The position numbers and the translations under genes are program-made. The notes below the pieces were generated by a model. That model had not been told where the DNA came from. It ran no database searches and was given only the letters and a program-made list of their open reading frames with translations. A DNA stretch of 64,000 nucleotides from Leptospira sp. (GTDB lineage Bacteria; Spirochaetota; Leptospiria; Leptospirales; Leptospiraceae): assembly GCA_034439575.1 (NCBI GenBank), contig JAWXAQ010000027.1, positions 64,001-128,000 on the forward strand, written 5' to 3'. Shown piece by piece: positions 58,178 to 64,000 of this stretch; within the stretch, counting starts at the first letter, position 1; the number at the start of each line of letters is the position of its first letter.

Positions 58178-59798
58178 ATTTATATTATTTTTACTCAATC
58201 GATTTTTCGGAAAAATCTATTTTCGATTAAAGGTTCTTTCTTCAAATGGAATTAATACCAACCAACTTAGGTTATTATTCATTGTTGATGATACTTTAGA
58301 TGAGAAGAAATGCTGTCCTCTTTATAAAAAAATAACAAATTGGAATCAAATCAATTCTAAGATTACGGTCAAAAGAATTTCTGAGATTTTTGAAAATACA
58401 GAAAATCCCAATTTTGAATCTTTATTTTCAAAGATTGAGAATTTTGACTTTGTATGGTTAGATATTGGTAAAGTTACTCCCATCGAAAAAGCAATAAATG
58501 CGCTTAATGATTATTATACCAAACAAATTGATCGGGAAAAAATTTTCACTTTTGATACATTAAATTTTGTTAACTCTTATCCTTTTTTTAAACCAAATTT
58601 TTCCCCTGAATTATTTGATGATATTGATTATTTAGAAGGAGCTGTTTTTTTTCCAAAAAGTATATTCTTAGATATTAATATATCAAACAAATTAAATTTT
58701 TTAGAGTTATATACATATTTAATTCTCAAATTTTATAATCAATCGAACCAATTTATTAGGATTCCAGAAATTGGATTTATTGCGTATAAAATTCCGAAAA
58801 TAGAAGAATCTCACCATAAGAGAATCCAATTTTTACTAAATCAAAAAATAAATAATGAAGATCATAATTCAATAGAAATACCAAATACAATTTTACAGAA
58901 TAATATACCACTGATTTCTATTATTATACCTTTCCGTGATAAAGTCGAACTTTTAAAAGTAGTGGTTGATTCTATAATTCAAAAATCAAAGTACCAAAAA
59001 TTCGAGTTAGTTTTGGTATCTAATCAAAGTCAAGAAAAAGAAACTTTGCAATATTTGAAATTTATCAAAAAAGAATATAATAATATAATTATATTAAAGT
59101 ATGATCAAATATTTAATTTTTCTGCTATGAATAATTTTGCGGCAGAAAGGGCAAATGGTGAACTTTTATTTTTTTTAAATAATGATACGGAAGCCATCTC
59201 AGAAGATTTTTTGGAAAAATTGTCTTTCTTTGCCCTTAAAAAACATGTCGGTGCAGTAGGGCCAAAGTTATTATTCGAAGATGGTAAAATTCAACATGCG
59301 GGTGTTATTCTAGGGTTAACCGGTCTTGCCGAACATGCATTTAAAGATATCCCTGATCATGATGGTTTTGATTCTTTTGGTTCCGCACAATGGACACGAA
59401 ATTATTTAGCAGTAACTGCTGCAGCCCTTATGATTGAGAAGAGAAAATTTAATTTAATTGGTGGATTTAATGAAAAACTCGTAGTTTGTGGAAATGATGT
59501 AGATTTAGGAATTAGATTGTATGAAGCCGGATTCCGCAATGTATATTTGCCTTCAGTAAAATTATTTCATTTTGAATCAAAGTCCCGTAAAGGGAGTAAA
59601 ATTCCGGAGGGTGATTATTTAGAATCTATTAAGTCATATGGGAAATACTTGAAAAATGGCGATCCTTACTTTCATCCTTGTTTAAATTTAACATATCCTT
59701 GGTTAAGTTTTAATTTTTCAGATAAACCTTCTCATAAAATCAATTTAGAAAAAATGAAGAAGCTTATGTCGAATATTTTTATAAATAGTGGTTTGTAG
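58161..59798 (+). CDS. GT2 glycosyltransferase (WsaE/RfbC-like, degenerate N-terminal GT2 plus intact C-terminal GT2)
   Basis: FFKPNFSPE, ISIIIPFRDK, FNFSAMNN, LNNDTE, QHAGV, AVTAA, NDVDL, HFESKSR, DPYF. Confidence 0.87.
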   Translation: MKTKIKFILFLLNRFFGKIYFRLKVLSSNGINTNQLRLLFIVDDTLDEKKCCPLYKKITNWNQINSKITVKRISEIFENTENPNFESLFSKIENFDFVWLDIGKVTPIEKAINALNDYYTKQIDREKIFTFDTLNFVNSYPFFKPNFSPELFDDIDYLEGAVFFPKSIFLDINISNKLNFLELYTYLILKFYNQSNQFIRIPEIGFIAYKIPKIEESHHKRIQFLLNQKINNEDHNSIEIPNTILQNNIPLISIIIPFRDKVELLKVVVDSIIQKSKYQKFELVLVSNQSQEKETLQYLKFIKKEYNNIIILKYDQIFNFSAMNNFAAERANGELLFFLNNDTEAISEDFLEKLSFFALKKHVGAVGPKLLFEDGKIQHAGVILGLTGLAEHAFKDIPDHDGFDSFGSAQWTRNYLAVTAAALMIEKRKFNLIGGFNEKLVVCGNDVDLGIRLYEAGFRNVYLPSVKLFHFESKSRKGSKIPEGDYLESIKSYGKYLKNGDPYFHPCLNLTYPWLSFNFSDKPSHKINLEKMKKLMSNIFINSGL

Positions 59799-59800
59799 GG

Positions 59801-60694
59801 ATGATATCTGATTACTATTCGGTAACGGTAGCTTATAATCCTGGAATCTTATTAAAAAATCAAATTGAATATTTAATAGCAAAAGAAATAAAACCAATAG
59901 TAGTCTTTAACTCTAATTATTCAGGACAACTGGAAGGTTTAGCGAATGTTATCGTTATTGAGAATATTTATAATCTAGGTTTGGCGAAAGCTATAAACAT
60001 AGGAATGCGAAAAGCGATCGAATTAGGCGCGAAAGGAGTTTTTCTTTTTGATCAGGATAGTTTACCAGAAGGTAATTTTATTAATGAAATGATAAGTTTT
60101 TTTAATTCAAAGAATGATTCTCTTCAAAATCTCGCGTGTGTAGCTCCGATGATTTATAATGTATCAAACGATACAAATTGGCCAATTCCGGTACGCAATA
60201 ATGGAAAACTAACATTTATTAATACATTGAAGGATGAAAATTCTGAAGTTGATTATGCCATTACTTCTGGTTTATTTATTTCGAAAGAATCTTGGATTGC
60301 AGTAGGTGAATATTTAGATTCTTTTTTTATTGATGGGCTTGATATTGAATGGGGTTACCGCGCGAATAGTAAAGGTTATAAGAGTATCATCAATAGGGAT
60401 ATAAAATTACACCATAATCTGGGCGATAAAGCTATTTCAATTCTACCCTTTATCAATAAAAAGATGATCATCCATTCTCCACTACGGAGGTTTTATATGT
60501 TTAGGAATTTTTTTTGGATGTGCAAGTTAGATTACATTCCGAAAGATTTTAAATGGCATTACTTTAAAAAACTAATAAAAATGTTTATAGCAATTCTGAT
60601 TTCACCTATCCAGTGGTTATCAATTTATTATATTTTGAAAGGTACATTTATCGGTATATTCTCAAAACCAAATGCCTTCGAAAAAGCCCTTTAA
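59801..60694 (+). CDS. GT2 rhamnosyltransferase-like
   Basis: YNP, NLGLAKAINIG, FDQDS, ITSG, FFIDGLDIEW, H.LG, HSPLRRFYMFRN. Confidence 0.88.
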   Translation: MISDYYSVTVAYNPGILLKNQIEYLIAKEIKPIVVFNSNYSGQLEGLANVIVIENIYNLGLAKAINIGMRKAIELGAKGVFLFDQDSLPEGNFINEMISFFNSKNDSLQNLACVAPMIYNVSNDTNWPIPVRNNGKLTFINTLKDENSEVDYAITSGLFISKESWIAVGEYLDSFFIDGLDIEWGYRANSKGYKSIINRDIKLHHNLGDKAISILPFINKKMIIHSPLRRFYMFRNFFWMCKLDYIPKDFKWHYFKKLIKMFIAILISPIQWLSIYYILKGTFIGIFSKPNAFEKAL

Positions 60695-61549
60695 AATTGC
60701 TTGAATCTTGGCCTTTTTTTCATTCTCAAAGAAAACTGTACGAAATGTATCATACATAAAATTTAATAGATCAATTAAAAACCAAGAAGGTATCACAAAA
60801 GCATATAATTTCCAAGTTTTAATTCTATTTCTTGTCATATAATATTTTCTAAGTGGAGAATGATTCGTAGGGGAGATCGACATACCAATAAATGTCTTCG
60901 TTATTCTTTCACCTAGCATATGATAGAGGGAAGCAGCCTTAATCACATCAATACGAAAACCATATTTTCTAACTCTTAAACAGTATTCTATATCAATGTA
61001 GTCTATAAAAAAATCATCTCTAAATAGTCCCACTTGATTTATAGTATGCATTGGAATCATACTTCCAGAAGAGATAACGGTATTTACGTTTTTGAGAACA
61101 TTCTCAGTGTGATAGAATCGTCTACGTTTCCAAAAAAAATCATTTTTAACCCAATACAATTGTTTTGCTTCAGAAGAATGAATGATATCGGGTGCAACAA
61201 TACCTACATCTGGATTGGCCTCGAGATAAGAAACCATTTGTTTTCGTAAATTTTTGGAAGGCAAAGAATCATCATCGAAAAATAATATATATTTTGCTTT
61301 AAGTTCTTTTGCGAGTAAGATTCCAGTATTTTGAGCCTTCGCTAAACCTACGTTAGTATTGTTTTTTTTGTAAATGATTTTAATATTATTTTTTTTTATT
61401 TCTAAGTTTAACTGAGAAGTGAATTTTGCATCACACCCATTATCAATTATTATTAAAGTGTCGCATTCTTTAGAAAAGGTTTTTAATCTCTTGAAGAACG
61501 ATTTGTCCGTTTGATACAATACACAAATTGCGACTGTCTTCAAAACCAT
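60662..61549 (-). CDS. GT2 rhamnosyltransferase-like
   Basis: IDNG, NVGLAKAQNTG, FDDDS, ISSG, FFIDYIDIEYC, NHSPLRKYYMTRN; start at 61549 (alternatively 61561). Confidence 0.88.
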   Translation of the reverse strand: MVLKTVAICVLYQTDKSFFKRLKTFSKECDTLIIIDNGCDAKFTSQLNLEIKKNNIKIIYKKNNTNVGLAKAQNTGILLAKELKAKYILFFDDDSLPSKNLRKQMVSYLEANPDVGIVAPDIIHSSEAKQLYWVKNDFFWKRRRFYHTENVLKNVNTVISSGSMIPMHTINQVGLFRDDFFIDYIDIEYCLRVRKYGFRIDVIKAASLYHMLGERITKTFIGMSISPTNHSPLRKYYMTRNRIKTWKLYAFVIPSWFLIDLLNFMYDTFRTVFFENEKKAKIQAILKGFFEGIWF

Positions 61550-62319
61550 TTCCATCCCCATTTATTAAAATACTTAATCATGCTCATGATAAAAATAAAA
61601 AATAATTTTTTGGAAGTATGAGAGCCCCTTTGGTATTCATGAATGGCTTCAGGTATCGGTGAAAATACAGTACGATATCCTAATTCTCTAATATTCCGAG
61701 AGAGATCTGCATCCTCAAAATAAAGAAAATATCTAGAATCAAAGCCTTTGCATTTTTCAAATACTCCTACTGGTATTAACATTAAACATCCTGATATAAA
61801 TTCTACATCATAAAAAGTTTCATAGTCAAAATCTATCATTTCATATTGATCTATTGCGTTCGAAATAAATGGAATTTTTTTTAATAGTTTAAATCTTCTT
61901 CCTAACAGAGCGTAGACTGTAGGATTTCTCTTATTTAATTTTTGTAATGTACCATCGGGATAATAAATTTTTCCAGTTATTAGCCCTATGGACGTATCTT
62001 GTGAAATAATTCCAATTAGTTTTTTAATCGTATCCGGATACAAATAAACATCAGGATTTACTAGAAGAAAATATTTAGAATTCTCCACAAATGAGAAGGC
62101 AGCATTATTCCCACCTCCGAATCCATCGTTCTCCGCACCCCTCTCAATATACTTCCATTTTGATCGATTTTCTAAAAGGGTTTTATATATTCCCATCTTT
62201 GAGTGATCAACAAAAACTCCCTTCCAATCAATGTTTTGTGCCTCGATACTTTCTAGGCAACGAGTGATTATATCAAGGTTTGTATTGTAGCAAACTACAC
62301 TAACAGTAACTAACGACAC
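61540..62319 (-). CDS. GT2 glycosyltransferase (WbbL-like)
   Basis: N.GFGGGNN, LVNPD, ISGCLM, GFDSRYFLYFEDADL, YFNKWGWK. Confidence 0.88.
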   Translation of the reverse strand: MSLVTVSVVCYNTNLDIITRCLESIEAQNIDWKGVFVDHSKMGIYKTLLENRSKWKYIERGAENDGFGGGNNAAFSFVENSKYFLLVNPDVYLYPDTIKKLIGIISQDTSIGLITGKIYYPDGTLQKLNKRNPTVYALLGRRFKLLKKIPFISNAIDQYEMIDFDYETFYDVEFISGCLMLIPVGVFEKCKGFDSRYFLYFEDADLSRNIRELGYRTVFSPIPEAIHEYQRGSHTSKKLFFIFIMSMIKYFNKWGWKWF

Positions 62320-62418
62320 AATACCATGTTACAAATTTGATTTTTTATTACGATAATTTTAATTACATTGACTCATATACTTTTTAAAAAGAATCTTTCA
62401 ATGTAGATCGATTTATTA
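62320..62418. promoter_or_regulatory. divergent intergenic region, likely holds promoters for both directions
   Basis: AT-rich 99-nt gap between divergent starts; TTGACT on + and TTGAAA-N16-TATATG on -, both imperfect sigma70 matches. Confidence 0.3.
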
Positions 62419-63405
62419 ATGCTAACTATTTTTGTTTCAACATTTCCATTCGGAAAAGCAAACTCTATTCCTCGTGACCTTCTTTCTGAAAGGAGTGATA
62501 TTAAAGTATTATATAATCCAGAAAATCGAAAATTAACAAAAGATGAAATCTTGAAATATGCAATTGATGCTGATGTTGTAATCGCAGGCACTGAAGATCT
62601 TTCTTTACTTATTGATAAAAGTTTAAAATTAAAAATGATAGCGCGAGTTGGAATCGGGCTAGATAGCGTTAACTTACTTGTGTGTAGAGAAAAAGGAATT
62701 AGAGTAAGTTATACACCAGATGCAGTGACAATGGCTGTTGCTGAACTTACGATAGGTTTGATGATCGGTATAACTCGGTTAGTCGGTCTTGCGGATAGAG
62801 AAATCCGTAAGGGTTTATGGAATCGTCATTATGGAAAAAGAATTGGAGAGTCTTTGATCGGACTCATTGGATTTGGCAGAGTTGGTAAAAATGTGGCTAA
62901 GTTACTTTTGCCATTTTCTCCGAAAATTCTAGTGAATGATATAAACGAAATATCTGAAGATGTAAATATTCTCAGAAATGAAGGATTAAATATTTCTGAA
63001 ACATCTAAAGATGAAATTTTTTCTTCCGCTGATATTGTAAGTTTACATCTCCCTGCATATAAATTGACTAATCATATGTTAAATCAAAATACATTATCAA
63101 AATTTAAACCAGAATCATATTTAATCAATACAGCGCGAGGGGAGCTTATCGACGAACGAGCTTTATTCGATTGTTTAAAATCAGGTGCGATAGCTGGCGC
63201 GGCTCTTGATGTCTTTAATGAAGAACCCTATATTGGATCATTAACAGAATTGGATAATGTGATTCTTACGCAACACATGGGATCATGTTCCTATGATTGC
63301 AGATTAGCTATGGAAACGCAGGCTACAGAAGATGTACTTCGATTCTTATCAAACGAACCTTTACTTCGAGAAGTCCCCGAGTTTGAATATAAATACCAAT
63401 TGTAA
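62419..63405 (+). CDS. D-isomer 2-hydroxyacid dehydrogenase (phosphoglycerate dehydrogenase-like, no ACT domain)
   Basis: ARVGIGLD, AVAE, GLIGFGRVG, SLHLP, INTARG, LDVFNEEP, QHMG. Confidence 0.9.
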   Translation: MLTIFVSTFPFGKANSIPRDLLSERSDIKVLYNPENRKLTKDEILKYAIDADVVIAGTEDLSLLIDKSLKLKMIARVGIGLDSVNLLVCREKGIRVSYTPDAVTMAVAELTIGLMIGITRLVGLADREIRKGLWNRHYGKRIGESLIGLIGFGRVGKNVAKLLLPFSPKILVNDINEISEDVNILRNEGLNISETSKDEIFSSADIVSLHLPAYKLTNHMLNQNTLSKFKPESYLINTARGELIDERALFDCLKSGAIAGAALDVFNEEPYIGSLTELDNVILTQHMGSCSYDCRLAMETQATEDVLRFLSNEPLLREVPEFEYKYQL

Positions 63406-63453
63406 TAGTTTATAAATATCATAAGTAAAAAAATATCCGAAAAGGAAAATAAA

Positions 63454-64000
63454 ATGGCGAAAGAAAAAAACGTAAAAATCAATCGAAATCTTTCAAAGCA
63501 GAAAGAAATTGTAACTTCACTCATTATACCTATTTATAACGAAGCAGGGCATTTAGCTGAATTTTTAGAAAAAATAGATTCATTGATTCTACCAACATCA
63601 AAAGAACTAGTTTTCATCGATGATTGTTCTAAAGATGAATCATTAAATATATTGAAACAATTCAAATTTAAATCAAAGCACCAAATCTTGTTTCAAGAAA
63701 AAAATCAAGGAAAGGGTGCCGCCTTACAACGCGGATTTAATGAAGCGACAGGTGAAATTATTTTGGTTCAAGATGCTGATTTTGAATATGATATGGATGA
63801 AGTTTCAACACTTATCGAACCCATTGCAAATGGAAAAGCAGATGTAGTATTTGGTTCAAGATTTAAAAAGGATGGTAGGCAAGTGCATCGAACTTTCCAC
63901 TATTTAGTGAATCGAATCTTAACAATACTTTCAAATTTTATGAGCGGTTTATACCTGACTGATATGGAGACTTGTTATAAAGTTTTCCGAGCAGAAATTA
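63454..64000 (+). CDS. GT2 glycosyltransferase (DPM1-like), truncated by the window end
   Basis: Not in the ORF track; translated by hand: MAKEK...IIPIYNEA...IDDCSKD...NQGKGAA...VQDADFEYD...GSRF...DMETCYKVFR; AAGGA RBS. Confidence 0.88.
   Translation, partial: MAKEKNVKINRNLSKQKEIVTSLIIPIYNEAGHLAEFLEKIDSLILPTSKELVFIDDCSKDESLNILKQFKFKSKHQILFQEKNQGKGAALQRGFNEATGEIILVQDADFEYDMDEVSTLIEPIANGKADVVFGSRFKKDGRQVHRTFHYLVNRILTILSNFMSGLYLTDMETCYKVFRAEI

Noticed and set aside
62380-62391. Perfect palindrome CTTTTTAAAAAG in the divergent intergenic region
   Set aside because: Low-complexity and likely by chance; it cannot be assigned as an operator.
62419-63405. serA assignment
   Set aside because: The protein lacks the regulatory ACT domain and sits among glycosyltransferases; only the family-level call is supported.
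2371-63524. Numerous 60-210 aa ORFs on the opposite strand or in alternate frames (e.g. 14206-14703, 20578-21072, 29875-30330, 31409-32035, 61034-61249, 63291-63524)
   Set aside because: They lie wholly or largely within well-supported genes, lack recognisable motifs, and read as antisense shadows.
1-64000. CRISPR arrays, tRNA/rRNA, IS elements, integrases, JUMPstart/ops element
   Set aside because: I saw no repeat-spacer periodicity, RNA-gene signatures, transposase ORFs or GGCGGTAG ops motif in intergenic DNA. The intergenic gaps are short.

Overview
The whole window is a very AT-rich, densely packed surface-polysaccharide (LPS O-antigen, rfb-type) biosynthesis locus. About 56 co-oriented + strand genes run from position 1 to 60694. 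They meet a convergent pair of rhamnosyltransferase-like genes, followed by a divergently transcribed 2-hydroxyacid dehydrogenase and a GT2 gene cut off by the window end. Gene content and style resemble the giant rfb loci of Leptospira; this is inference, and the taxonomy is not proven from this window. Content in order: (1) a nonulosonate-related block (CMP-sugar synthetase, Maf/MptE-like protein); (2) three radical SAM enzymes, two with B12-binding domains, plus a 7Fe ferredoxin, and Wzx; (3) a higher-carbon/branched-sugar block (SIS isomerase, E1 alpha/beta, YerE/ALS-like TPP enzyme, SDRs, methyltransferases, reversed HldE-like enzyme); (4) a CDP-3,6-dideoxyhexose pathway (rfbFGH plus reductase); (5) an amino-sugar/acylation block with FabH/FabG; (6) repeated pairings of a polyprenol-phosphate GT2 with a multi-TM GT-C-like protein. 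Notable oddities: a MazF/PemK-like domain fused to RfbH, an acetyltransferase-GT2 fusion, a frameshifted Maf-like gene, a GNAT gene with a premature in-frame stop, duplicated acetyltransferases of which one lacks the catalytic His, and a small double-glycine-like peptide ORF upstream of a B12 radical SAM. I recognised no rRNA, tRNA, CRISPR or mobile element. All family calls are by-eye motif recognition; no searches were run.
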